A DNA stretch of 64,000 bases from Patescibacteria group bacterium (GTDB lineage: Bacteria; Patescibacteriota; Patescibacteriia; PEXW01): positions 129,296 to 193,295 of the forward strand of contig JBBTVB010000002.1 of NCBI GenBank assembly GCA_038063455.1. Reading direction: 5' to 3'. The position numbers were made by a program, and so were the translations under genes. Numbering within the stretch: the first letter of the stretch is position 1; each line of letters begins with the position of its first letter. Below the pieces are notes generated by a model. The model was given only the letters and a program-made list of their open reading frames with translations, was not told the DNA's origin and searched no databases. Below, piece by piece: positions 33,850 to 42,823 of this stretch.

Positions 33850-34455
33850 TTATTGCTTAGCGCCCCAGGCAATGCGCTCAACCTTCCAGCCGTCAGCAAG
33901 GCGTTGGAAGCTGAGGGTAATGGGCTGGAAGTACGTTGTGGGTTCGGAGCTGCTCCCGGTGGTTTCGGTGCGCTGCAAAGTGACTTTAATTTCTGCGGTA
34001 CCGGCATTTTCATCAAAAGCGAGCACTTCTGTGGTGCGCGGCTCAGAGCTGGTGCCGCTGTACAGCGAGGTATCGGCGCGTTTGGCTTGCTCGGCAGCCA
34101 CAAAGCTTTCTTGCTGGGCACGTAACGCGGGCGCCATGTAGAAGTACATGTCGGTTATATTCTGGAAGTTGTTCTGCGTTGAAAAGCTGCCGTAAATGCT
34201 GGCAAAATTTTTGGCCAAATTCTGCACCGTGGTCCGGGCATCCGTGGGGCTACCACTTGTTGCGGTGTTCGTATTGGCAGCGTTATTGGTATTGAGCACC
34301 ACCGTGTTCACATTAGGCACAGACCCGGTAGCTGTGTTCGTAGGCGCGTCGGTATTAGCCTGCCGCCGGCCGAACAGCAGGAAGGCTCCCAGCCCGAGGA
34401 GAACGAGGGTGAGTGCGCTGGCAACAAGAAGTAGGAGGCGTCGGGACATAGGCAA
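33850..34455 (-). CDS. Bitopic protein, VirB8-like candidate (N-terminal TM, N/T-rich linker, NTF2-sized domain of about 130 aa)
   Basis: 201 aa. The assignment rests on architecture and position directly after virB4. No sequence motif recognised. Confidence 0.4.
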   Translation of the reverse strand: MPMSRRLLLLVASALTLVLLGLGAFLLFGRRQANTDAPTNTATGSVPNVNTVVLNTNNAANTNTATSGSPTDARTTVQNLAKNFASIYGSFSTQNNFQNITDMYFYMAPALRAQQESFVAAEQAKRADTSLYSGTSSEPRTTEVLAFDENAGTAEIKVTLQRTETTGSSSEPTTYFQPITLSFQRLADGWKVERIAWGAKQ

Positions 34456-34461
34456 AGGGGG

Positions 34462-36360
34462 TTACGCGCCGGGTTGCGAGGCGTTGTTGAACTCTTGCTT
34501 GGCTGCTTCAATTTCTAGCAGCTGCCGCGGGTCAGAAGTAATAATTTGGTCCTCGGTATACGACGCCACCACTTTAATAGCCGCGTGCTTGGGGCCGGCG
34601 AAGAAAATACCCTCGCCCACTGCCGCCTCCAGCAGCAGGTATTTTTCCCCTTGGGTAAGCAAGAACGTCTTGGCCACCATGTCGATGCCCGCCGGCGATT
34701 GTTTCATGAGCAGTTGCAGTGCCGAGTTGGTAACAATGGCTTGGCCGTAGGGGCTCCGCAAGAAGTCATTCACGTCTTGAGTAATAGTCGTCACACCCAA
34801 GTAGTACTTGCGGCAGCGTTTGACCAGCGCGTAAATAAAACGGGCCGAATCTTCGTTCTGCATCAACCACCAGGCTTCGTCAATAACCAGGATGCGCTTC
34901 TTCAGGCTGGAGCGTACCACGTTCCAGATGTACGAAACGATTATCGAAATGCCAATGGGCCGCAGCTCGTCTTCCAGGTCCCGCACCGAGAAGGTGACGA
35001 GTTGGTTGGTTAGCTCGATGTTGGTCGGGCTGTTGAAAAGCCCGGCAAACGTGCCTTCGGTAAATTTCTTCAACCGCTCCACAATGCCTTCCGCCCCGAC
35101 CATGCCTTGGAGCACTTCTTGGAAGTCCGCCATCAGCGGCGGCTCCACCTGGGTTAGGTCGCTTTCGGCGGTAATGTCTTTTTTGTTGTACGTCTCAATA
35201 AGCGCGCGGTCGATGATGGAGTCTTCTTCCGGGCTCAGCGTGCCAAGCATAAGGCGCAGCAAGCTCTTGAGTGTAATAACCGCAGCGCGAATAATATCCG
35301 CTGGTTTCTCGGCCCCGCCCACCGGTCGTGGTAAATCAAACGGATTGATCTTCGATTCGGAGTTGAGGGAAATGTTTATGTACGTGCCGCCGACCGCATC
35401 GGATAAGTACTTGTACTCGCGTTCCGGGTCAATGACGATAACATCAGTGCCGGTCATGAGCGAGCGTAAAATTTCCAGTTTCACCGCATAGCTCTTGCCC
35501 GCACCAGACGTTGCGAAGACCACGTAGTTAGCGTTCTGCAAGCTAAACCGGTCGAATAAAATGAGCGAATTGTTGTGCCGGTTAATGCCGTACAAAATGC
35601 CGTTGTCCGAAGACACGTCGGATGAAATGAAGGGGAAGCTGCTGGCGGCCGGCGAGGAATTCATGTTAAAACTCACCTGAATTTCATCCTTGCCAATGGG
35701 CAGCGTGGAGTTGAAGCCCTGCTCAGACTGGTAGAGCACGCGCTTGCTGAACACCAGTTTCTGGCCGAACATGGATTCTACTTTATCCGAGAGCTTGTCG
35801 AGGGCTTCGCGCGTGTCGGCGTAGAGCGTGACGTAGAGTGCCACCTGGAAGAACTTCTCGGTGCCCTGGGTCAGGTTATCGCGCAGCTGTTCAATGTCGC
35901 GCAGAGCGGTTTCGCGGATAGGGTCGCGCGGCGCGCCTTTTTCGGCATCAGAAAGTATTTGCGCTTCTAGTTGGCCTACCTTGTTGCGCAGCTGCTTGAG
36001 CACCACTTCGGAACCGACCGGGTAGAAAAACATGGAGACGTCCAGCGGCACGTTGAGGTTAATAATCGGCGCAAACCAACCCACTGCAATGTAGCGCGGG
36101 TAGGTGACCACGAACATGGTCCGCGCCAGCTTGCCGCCAATTTCCACTTCTTTGGGCGAGACTTTAAACGACGCCGGTGCAATAAAATCGCGCACCGACA
36201 CGACGCCGCGGCGATAAATGCGTTCGGCTTCTAGCAGCTCGCGTTTCCGCTGCAACTCCAGCGCTGCCTGCTGCTGCTGCTCTTCTGGGGAGAGCACCTG
36301 CAGGGGCGGCGGCGTTTCGACCGACTGGACTTTGGGTTTGCGTGATAAATTTATGGCCAT
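34462..36360 (-). CDS. virB4: VirB4/TrbE-family T4SS ATPase
   Basis: 632 aa with Walker A FATSGAGKSY, Walker B ILVIDEAWWLM and a Gram-positive-type VirB4 layout. Confidence 0.88.
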   Translation of the reverse strand: MAINLSRKPKVQSVETPPPLQVLSPEEQQQQAALELQRKRELLEAERIYRRGVVSVRDFIAPASFKVSPKEVEIGGKLARTMFVVTYPRYIAVGWFAPIINLNVPLDVSMFFYPVGSEVVLKQLRNKVGQLEAQILSDAEKGAPRDPIRETALRDIEQLRDNLTQGTEKFFQVALYVTLYADTREALDKLSDKVESMFGQKLVFSKRVLYQSEQGFNSTLPIGKDEIQVSFNMNSSPAASSFPFISSDVSSDNGILYGINRHNNSLILFDRFSLQNANYVVFATSGAGKSYAVKLEILRSLMTGTDVIVIDPEREYKYLSDAVGGTYINISLNSESKINPFDLPRPVGGAEKPADIIRAAVITLKSLLRLMLGTLSPEEDSIIDRALIETYNKKDITAESDLTQVEPPLMADFQEVLQGMVGAEGIVERLKKFTEGTFAGLFNSPTNIELTNQLVTFSVRDLEDELRPIGISIIVSYIWNVVRSSLKKRILVIDEAWWLMQNEDSARFIYALVKRCRKYYLGVTTITQDVNDFLRSPYGQAIVTNSALQLLMKQSPAGIDMVAKTFLLTQGEKYLLLEAAVGEGIFFAGPKHAAIKVVASYTEDQIITSDPRQLLEIEAAKQEFNNASQPGA

Positions 36361-37040
36361 TAGCGTTCAATGCTTACGTCATCCACGCCCCCGACCTTTT
36401 CCTGGCCCGAGGTTTGCGGATTGTAGGTGGTGTAAAAAAGTTCAATCAGCCCTTGCGTGTCTAGCGGTACAGCCTTCAGGCCCAGGCTGGACAAGCCATC
36501 GGCCACAAAGTCAACGCGTTTTAGCAACTCCTCGCGGTACTCGTCAAAACGCTTTTGCTTAATGTGAATAACATTGGTGGGCGAGAGGACAGCCGTGAGG
36601 CGTTTGAAAAAGCCTTGCCGTTTATTGGAACCCGGCTGGTAGGGCACCACCACGTAGAAATGCTTGGACATAATGTCGGCCAGCTCCACCAGCTCGCGCA
36701 CGTAGGTAATATACTCCTGCGTTTGCATTTTGAGCAGCTCGTTGCTTTGCGCTTTTTCCAACGCTTTCAAGTTTTCCAAGTACGGGTCAATATTCAACTT
36801 GCGGGACTGGATAACAATTTGCAACGGAAAATCTAGGGTGTTCAGAAATTGCGTGTACGCCTGAATCACTGCTGCTTGCTCTTCGTCCGACTTGAGGGCG
36901 AAGTTCATGGACGACACCAGCAGCACGCCGCGGATGGTACCATTGCGCAGGATAACGACGTCATCTTTCACTTCCCACACGTCCATAAATTTCTGGGCGG
37001 AGGGTACGTTGAGCTTCGGTTGGCGGGATTGGTCAGCCAT
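36360..37040 (-). CDS. Stand-alone protein resembling a VirB4 N-terminal domain
   Basis: 226 aa. The pattern VKDDVVILRNGTIRGVLLVSSMNFALKSDEEQAAVIQAYTQFLNTLDFPLQIVIQSR recalls the N-terminal half of monoderm VirB4 proteins. No NTPase motifs. Its stop overlaps the virB4 start. Confidence 0.45.
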   Translation of the reverse strand: MADQSRQPKLNVPSAQKFMDVWEVKDDVVILRNGTIRGVLLVSSMNFALKSDEEQAAVIQAYTQFLNTLDFPLQIVIQSRKLNIDPYLENLKALEKAQSNELLKMQTQEYITYVRELVELADIMSKHFYVVVPYQPGSNKRQGFFKRLTAVLSPTNVIHIKQKRFDEYREELLKRVDFVADGLSSLGLKAVPLDTQGLIELFYTTYNPQTSGQEKVGGVDDVSIER

Positions 37041-37043
37041 ACG

Positions 37044-37496
37044 CTACGGTTTGAGTGAGCCGGCAACCACGTCGCCTTCTTCGGTGTACGCGCCGCCGGT
37101 GTCCACCACCAGCGAGAGCTCGGTAAGGCGGGAAGCGGTGAGGGCTTGCTTGGTGGCCATGGGTGCCTTGGGTTTGGCCGCGGGCGGGGCGGCAAAGCGG
37201 TACTCGTACTCCGTGTCTTCTTTGTGCCACACGCGCAACTTGGGCAGCCGCTGAGTTTGCAGGATAGAGAGGATGAAATAGTGGAACGGCCGACCGTTGA
37301 TTTTAATAAAGGCTAGCATGAAGATAAACGCCGACCACGCAATGGCAAAAAGCACAAAGCTTAAAAAATTAAAAAGTCGAAAGGCTAGAAAACTTATAAC
37401 GCCCCAGAATAAAATCAGGATAAACTGCCGGACGGTGAGGGGCCCAAGAATCTTATCTTCGACATCGATGAATTGTGGGACGACGAATTGCATCAT
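37044..37496 (-). CDS. PrgI-family (VirB3-like) small membrane protein
   Basis: MMQFVVPQFIDVEDKILGPLTVRQFILILFWGVISFL... followed by two TM segments. The start at 37496 is 1 nt after the upstream stop (the ORF track extends to 37529). Confidence 0.7.
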   Translation of the reverse strand: MMQFVVPQFIDVEDKILGPLTVRQFILILFWGVISFLAFRLFNFLSFVLFAIAWSAFIFMLAFIKINGRPFHYFILSILQTQRLPKLRVWHKEDTEYEYRFAAPPAAKPKAPMATKQALTASRLTELSLVVDTGGAYTEEGDVVAGSLKP

Positions 37497-37497
37497 A

Positions 37498-38934
37498 CTA
37501 GAATCTAAATGTGCGCATGAGCGCGCCAATAGCTTCGAATTCTTCAGCGGTGAGTGTGGTGGTCTTCTGTGCCTTAAGCAGGTCGATAATTTCTACCACT
37601 TCTTCTTTGCGTTCCATGGCCATTTGCCCGAGCTGGAGGTAGGCCTTGAACGTTGGTGACTGGCGGAAAGCAGCGATCCCGGCTGCCCGCTGGGCAAAAG
37701 AATCACGAGCTAGGGCATCCATTTCCTCGGAAATTTTTGCCGTGGCGCCAGTGGCTGTGGTGCCTAAGCGGCGAAAATCTTCAATGGAGAGGTTACCGAG
37801 CACTTCAATAGGACCCATGACCTTGGCCGGCGCGCGCACGTCGGTGACCATATCCCGGTAGTTCGGGGCCGGGCGGGCGGTGGGTGATGCTGGCCGCGAG
37901 GCAGCCGGCCGTGCCACTGGGGTGCTGGCCGGACGGACCATAGGAGCAGGTGTCTGCTGTGCTGGGCGCAACCACGGCGGTGGGGCGACTGTTGGTTTGG
38001 CAGCGAGCGCTGGCGTTGGAGGCTTTATTCCTCCCTCTCCCCCTGCGGGAGCCGCAGGCGGGTGCGACCCATCGGAAGCACCCTGGGGAGCCCGAAGGGC
38101 AGGAGAGGGGGTAGCCACTTGTTTTTGTACTTGAGGTGTACTCGATTTTGCAACCACAGCAGGAGCTAGCACCAGAGGTTTAGGCACCACAGGCACAACC
38201 GGCTGCACGGGCGGGGGTGGAGCAACTGGAATTACCGGCTGCGCCTTAGGCATGACCGGACGAGGACGTCGGTGTAACTCTTCAACTACATTTTCAAGCT
38301 CACCCACAATGCGGCTGGCGCGAGGCTCATCAAAGCCCATGCCGCCAATTTTTGTCGGCCGCTGCAGCATGTCGGTAGTTTCCCGTTTGTCCCGCACGTC
38401 TACAATGCGGGCTTCCACAATCTTTTGGAAACGCTTGCTCAGCATGTCATCCAGCGTTAGCTTTTCCAGCTGGAGCAGTTTCACCGCGACGTGCGTGGGG
38501 TCGGTGTCTACCCGTGGGGTAGGCGTCACCTGCAGCGCGGCCACGTGGGGGGCAATATCTTTGTGGTCGTCTGGGTGCACCAAATACTGGGACGCCCCTG
38601 CTTGGGGCTGCAGCGGCGTGGCTGGTTTTTCGGCAGTGAGCACGTCTCGCACATCCGGCATGTCCAGCAAGCGGTACTTAAAAAATAAATCGTCGAGCAG
38701 GTGCTTGGCCAGCTCTTTGCCTTTGCCCGGCGCAACTTTGTACTGCTGCTCCAGTGCTTCGTCCAGCTTTGCCGGCTCGATTTCCTGGACCATCACGCGC
38801 ATAACCACCTCGGCCAGGTTCACCCCAAAATCTTTTTCTAGGTTGTCCAGCGCGCGCATAGCCGACGGATCGGAGGCATGCGCCTTCGCTGCGTCAGGGA
38901 GCTTTTGAAATTTGAGGAGGAGACTATCGGGCAT
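37498..38934 (-). CDS. Pro/Ala-rich protein of the T4SS-like operon, function unknown
   Basis: 478 aa: helical N- and C-terminal domains joined by a Pro-rich centre. That centre contains an in-frame copy of the CT/GA-rich repeat family (about 38020-38110). Confidence 0.55.
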   Translation of the reverse strand: MPDSLLLKFQKLPDAAKAHASDPSAMRALDNLEKDFGVNLAEVVMRVMVQEIEPAKLDEALEQQYKVAPGKGKELAKHLLDDLFFKYRLLDMPDVRDVLTAEKPATPLQPQAGASQYLVHPDDHKDIAPHVAALQVTPTPRVDTDPTHVAVKLLQLEKLTLDDMLSKRFQKIVEARIVDVRDKRETTDMLQRPTKIGGMGFDEPRASRIVGELENVVEELHRRPRPVMPKAQPVIPVAPPPPVQPVVPVVPKPLVLAPAVVAKSSTPQVQKQVATPSPALRAPQGASDGSHPPAAPAGGEGGIKPPTPALAAKPTVAPPPWLRPAQQTPAPMVRPASTPVARPAASRPASPTARPAPNYRDMVTDVRAPAKVMGPIEVLGNLSIEDFRRLGTTATGATAKISEEMDALARDSFAQRAAGIAAFRQSPTFKAYLQLGQMAMERKEEVVEIIDLLKAQKTTTLTAEEFEAIGALMRTFRF

Positions 38935-38942
38935 GTGTATTT

Positions 38943-41900
38943 TTAATTGTTATCTTCGCTGCCGCTGTTAAACATACTCTGCAAATTTCCAAATTCTGTT
39001 TTGAACTCCTCGGCATTTCCATCTCGTACGTGCTTTTCCATCGACCCAATACGCTTCTGGATTTCCGTACGGCCAAGGTCGCCCAGCTTTTCGGATTTTT
39101 GAATTTCGGCAGTGTTATTCTTGATGTAACTCATAAGACCGCGCCAGACAATGCTGTTCTTGAGTGCGCTGTCCAAGACATCCGCGGTTATCCCGTTTAG
39201 TTTACCACGAATTTCTTGCGGCGCGGCTTTAAACGCTTGGCTAATGTTCTGCGTGACGTTGGTAATGTTGGTTACATTGGTAATGCCGCCACCTTGCTCT
39301 GCATCTTCAATAATATCTCCCGTGGGACGGGAACGCTGGGTTTTCGGCGAAGCCGCATTGCTGGTAGGTGCAGGCGTCTGTCCAGATTTTTCCACGCGTT
39401 CTTGCGTCGCAACTTCAGTACGACGGCGGGCCACATCCTGCTCCGCAGCTGCAACAACTTGCCGTTGATTTTTCACATTTTCCGCTTTTTTGGCTATCTC
39501 AGCTTGCAACTCATTCATGCGGGTGGCGGCCAGGCTAGCCGTGGTCTCGCTCGTGGTGGAAGACCGTACTTTCGCATTCGCGTCGTACTCCGCACGCAGC
39601 TTGGCAACATCATTACCCGAGGCTGATTCCAAGCGCTCTAGAGCGGCGCGCTCGGCTTGGGCTGCCTGTTCTGCTTGATCAAAGTCAGCGCGTAATGCTT
39701 CGAGGTCTGGCTTTTGCTCACTCGCATTGATTTCTTTGGAAACAGCTCTATTCCGCCGTACCGTTTGCGCCCCCTCAGCAACTGGCTGCACCATGCGTCG
39801 GCCAAGTGCTTGGAAGCCCGCGGCAACTGGTGATACTTTTTTCGGTACAGCGAAATTCGCTTGCGCCGCAGGTGAAACAGGGCCATCGCCGAAGGTTGGT
39901 TCCTCTAGAGTTTTAAAATCAATATTCCCACCTTTTTGCTGAGCTAAGGTCTTCATTTCTAGCTCGATACCCGATTTCAGTTTCACCGCATCTGGTGATG
40001 TGTCGGCCCAACGTCCGTTGTTCACCAAGCCCTTGGCTAAGTACTCGTCAAAGGCTCGATCCTCGGACATACCAGCATGGTCAGAGCGTTGGCGCATGTC
40101 GCTGACAATCTTTTGGAATTCTTCCGGGGTAAACTGCGCCTTCATGCTGGCGCGGATGGAGCCGTCATCATCTATTGTATCAATGTACTTGTGCATGGCT
40201 TCTTCAGCCAAAATGTTCCGTGCCGCACCACCCGAGCGATCGGCATTAATAAAGGTTAGATCTTTAAGACCTTCCGGATTTTGCAAACGGGCTTGGGTTG
40301 CTTGAATGGTAGCCTGACGTGCCTGCAGCGCTGTACGTCGAGCGGCAATGTCTTGCAGCTTCTGCGGGTCGACTTGGGCCTGCGTCATTGGTCGACCTGA
40401 GGCATCAACAAGTTTGGTTGATGGACTGCTAAGCTGCTTTTCTTCGGTGGCAAGAGTGGCCAGCTCAGTTTCAATTGCATCCACATCGCCTTGTAATTGC
40501 TGGTTGAATACGCCAGCAATGCGCTTGAGAGATTCTGGATTACGCGTGTAGCCACCGGCAGTTGCTTTAACACCTGCTTGGTTGAGCAATGTCTCACTCA
40601 CGGCCAGTGTATTCGACTTACCCCGACTAAACTTGTTCAAGCTGGTAACTTCTGCAACTGCGGCTTTGCCGTCGGCCAGCCGTTCCATAACCCGCTGCTG
40701 CTGGCGGGCATTTTGCTGGTACTGCTGCCGGCTGTAAAAATTGCTCGGGTTTGCTCTGTACTCAGCGCTCGTTTCAAAATCTTCGCCATGCTGCTTTTGC
40801 AAAGCCTCGGTCCGCTGCTGCCGACGGCGGTCGATATCTTCCTGGGCCAGAACTTCTTCATCGCTATCTGAACCGTCACCGGGAATTGCATGACCGCCAG
40901 CATTTGCAATTGCCTCTTGCATGTTTGCGCCCACATCACGATTAAACTTCTTGGCGAATTCAGATGGTACAATTTCGCCATTCTTGTTCGTCGTAACCAT
41001 GCGCTTGTCAAGCTCTGGAAGCGCGTACTTTTGCCAAGTCTTGTTTTTCCAGTCACCCTTTTCCATGTCGTTAATTTCCGCAGTACCCATACTCTTTGCT
41101 AAATCAGTCATCTTTTTTCCATAGAATATCTGCTCATCGCTACCTTTTTCAGCCTTGTCATGCAGTAGAGCCAGCAACGCAGGGGTTTTCTTGAACAAAT
41201 CCTTCCGCGTTTTCAAGCCATCAGAATCAATCGCACCTTCAATGAATTCCCCGGGCTCACCTTCTTTTGACTTCTTCGTGTAGCCAATGCGCTGATCATA
41301 TGCAGATAAAATTTTCATTTTTTCGTCATCGCTGTACCCTGCAAGACCATGCGTCTTCATTGCATTCTCCATTGCTGCTTTTTGGTAGCCCTTGCCGGCA
41401 AGCGTAGCGGGGTTATCGAGCAGTATATTCCGTTCCTGTTGTGCGCCTAAATACTTTACCGAGCTGGTATTTTTATCTTCTGTCTTCATACGCTGTTGCC
41501 GCAACGTAGCGAGCCCTTTGCTGGCAGCGGTGCCAATACCTAGCACGTTAAGTTTTGAGGCAAGCCCGAGTGCACCCTCACTCGCGCCGTACATAAGTGG
41601 TTTTATACGATTACCCGCCGCACTAAGCCCAAACCTCCCTGCGCCTTTTATTGCATCAGTTGGTACGTTGGCGGCGGCACTGCCCCAACGGTTGAGGTTA
41701 CCCAGCCACTTGCTCGCCACATTCCCCGCCGCCCCACTAGCCTTGGTCGCCTGCTGCAAACCGGCAATGAGCATGCCAATGCCGATAATGTAATTAAGCA
41801 CATTAGCCGCGCTCGTTGCCGGCGAGACAAAAATGGGGTCTTGGAATTCGGCACCACCCCCTACAAAAGCCTGCGAGGGGTCGCTGGATTCTATAAGTAC

Positions 41901-42809
41901 ATTAGTTGAAAGTGACATAACCGTAAATGCCAGCCATAAGAAAAACGCGATGACCGGCCCGCGAACGATGTACTGGGTAAAATCTCGCCACCAGGTGCCC
42001 CACCAACTGCCTAGACTGCCCGGGAGTACGGCAACCATGTACGCAGTTGGCGCCAGCACAATATATATCCATAGCATGACAATGCGCTGGGCCAGCAGAA
42101 TGACAAACACCCCAACAACTACCAGTGCCACGAATATCATAATCGCGCCGGCAACAAGCGCGCCAAGCACGGAGAGTAAATTTATATCCCCACCCGCGGC
42201 ATTAGAGGTTTGCGCAAAATCCATGATTTGATCAATGCCAATGGCTTTAGTCAGGTTACCGGCCGCCAGATCTTTAAACGCGTTAACAAACGTGAGCATG
42301 ACCACCTGCGACAAGTCAATGAAAAAAACAGCGATAGTTTTGGAAAAGTTAATCAGAATGGCCATCGCAACAAGTTTTGGTAGCAGCCGGGAGTAGCGAT
42401 ACTCCTGAATGTTAAACACCGTGCCAATGGAAATGAGCAAGAGTGCAATAATGAAAAACATGTTAGACAAGTCACGCGTCACCGCCCAACCGGTCTGCAC
42501 GGCCGGGGCATTAACGAAGTCGTTGTACTGCGCAAGCCATACCAACACCCGTATAAAGAGCAGGAGAATGTTACCGAGCGTGCTCGACACGGCGATCAGC
42601 ACACCGTTCATAAGCGTAAGCATTCCGCTCTCGAATGCAGTCGCGATGCCTTGGGCATGTGTTGCAACTGGAAACGCGGCAACAAGTACACCTACACCAA
42701 TAGCCAGCACCACCCCCTGGCGGGGCCGCGCCCGCCATTGGCTGCGCCAAAGGCGTTGCCGGGCGGGATGTGCTTGAAAGTGTTGCCAAATTTTTCGCAG
42801 GCGTTGCAT
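38943..42809 (-). CDS. Giant polytopic membrane protein, VirB6-like candidate with a charged coiled-coil extension of about 850 aa
   Basis: 1288 aa. The N-terminal region of about 400 aa has many TM helices. The rest is Glu/Lys/Gln/Ala-rich. It sits upstream of the VirB3/VirB4 genes, as prgH/tcpH do in monoderm T4SS loci. Confidence 0.5.
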   Translation of the reverse strand: MQRLRKIWQHFQAHPARQRLWRSQWRARPRQGVVLAIGVGVLVAAFPVATHAQGIATAFESGMLTLMNGVLIAVSSTLGNILLLFIRVLVWLAQYNDFVNAPAVQTGWAVTRDLSNMFFIIALLLISIGTVFNIQEYRYSRLLPKLVAMAILINFSKTIAVFFIDLSQVVMLTFVNAFKDLAAGNLTKAIGIDQIMDFAQTSNAAGGDINLLSVLGALVAGAIMIFVALVVVGVFVILLAQRIVMLWIYIVLAPTAYMVAVLPGSLGSWWGTWWRDFTQYIVRGPVIAFFLWLAFTVMSLSTNVLIESSDPSQAFVGGGAEFQDPIFVSPATSAANVLNYIIGIGMLIAGLQQATKASGAAGNVASKWLGNLNRWGSAAANVPTDAIKGAGRFGLSAAGNRIKPLMYGASEGALGLASKLNVLGIGTAASKGLATLRQQRMKTEDKNTSSVKYLGAQQERNILLDNPATLAGKGYQKAAMENAMKTHGLAGYSDDEKMKILSAYDQRIGYTKKSKEGEPGEFIEGAIDSDGLKTRKDLFKKTPALLALLHDKAEKGSDEQIFYGKKMTDLAKSMGTAEINDMEKGDWKNKTWQKYALPELDKRMVTTNKNGEIVPSEFAKKFNRDVGANMQEAIANAGGHAIPGDGSDSDEEVLAQEDIDRRRQQRTEALQKQHGEDFETSAEYRANPSNFYSRQQYQQNARQQQRVMERLADGKAAVAEVTSLNKFSRGKSNTLAVSETLLNQAGVKATAGGYTRNPESLKRIAGVFNQQLQGDVDAIETELATLATEEKQLSSPSTKLVDASGRPMTQAQVDPQKLQDIAARRTALQARQATIQATQARLQNPEGLKDLTFINADRSGGAARNILAEEAMHKYIDTIDDDGSIRASMKAQFTPEEFQKIVSDMRQRSDHAGMSEDRAFDEYLAKGLVNNGRWADTSPDAVKLKSGIELEMKTLAQQKGGNIDFKTLEEPTFGDGPVSPAAQANFAVPKKVSPVAAGFQALGRRMVQPVAEGAQTVRRNRAVSKEINASEQKPDLEALRADFDQAEQAAQAERAALERLESASGNDVAKLRAEYDANAKVRSSTTSETTASLAATRMNELQAEIAKKAENVKNQRQVVAAAEQDVARRRTEVATQERVEKSGQTPAPTSNAASPKTQRSRPTGDIIEDAEQGGGITNVTNITNVTQNISQAFKAAPQEIRGKLNGITADVLDSALKNSIVWRGLMSYIKNNTAEIQKSEKLGDLGRTEIQKRIGSMEKHVRDGNAEEFKTEFGNLQSMFNSGSEDNN

Positions 42810-42823
42810 GCAGGCAGGAATAT

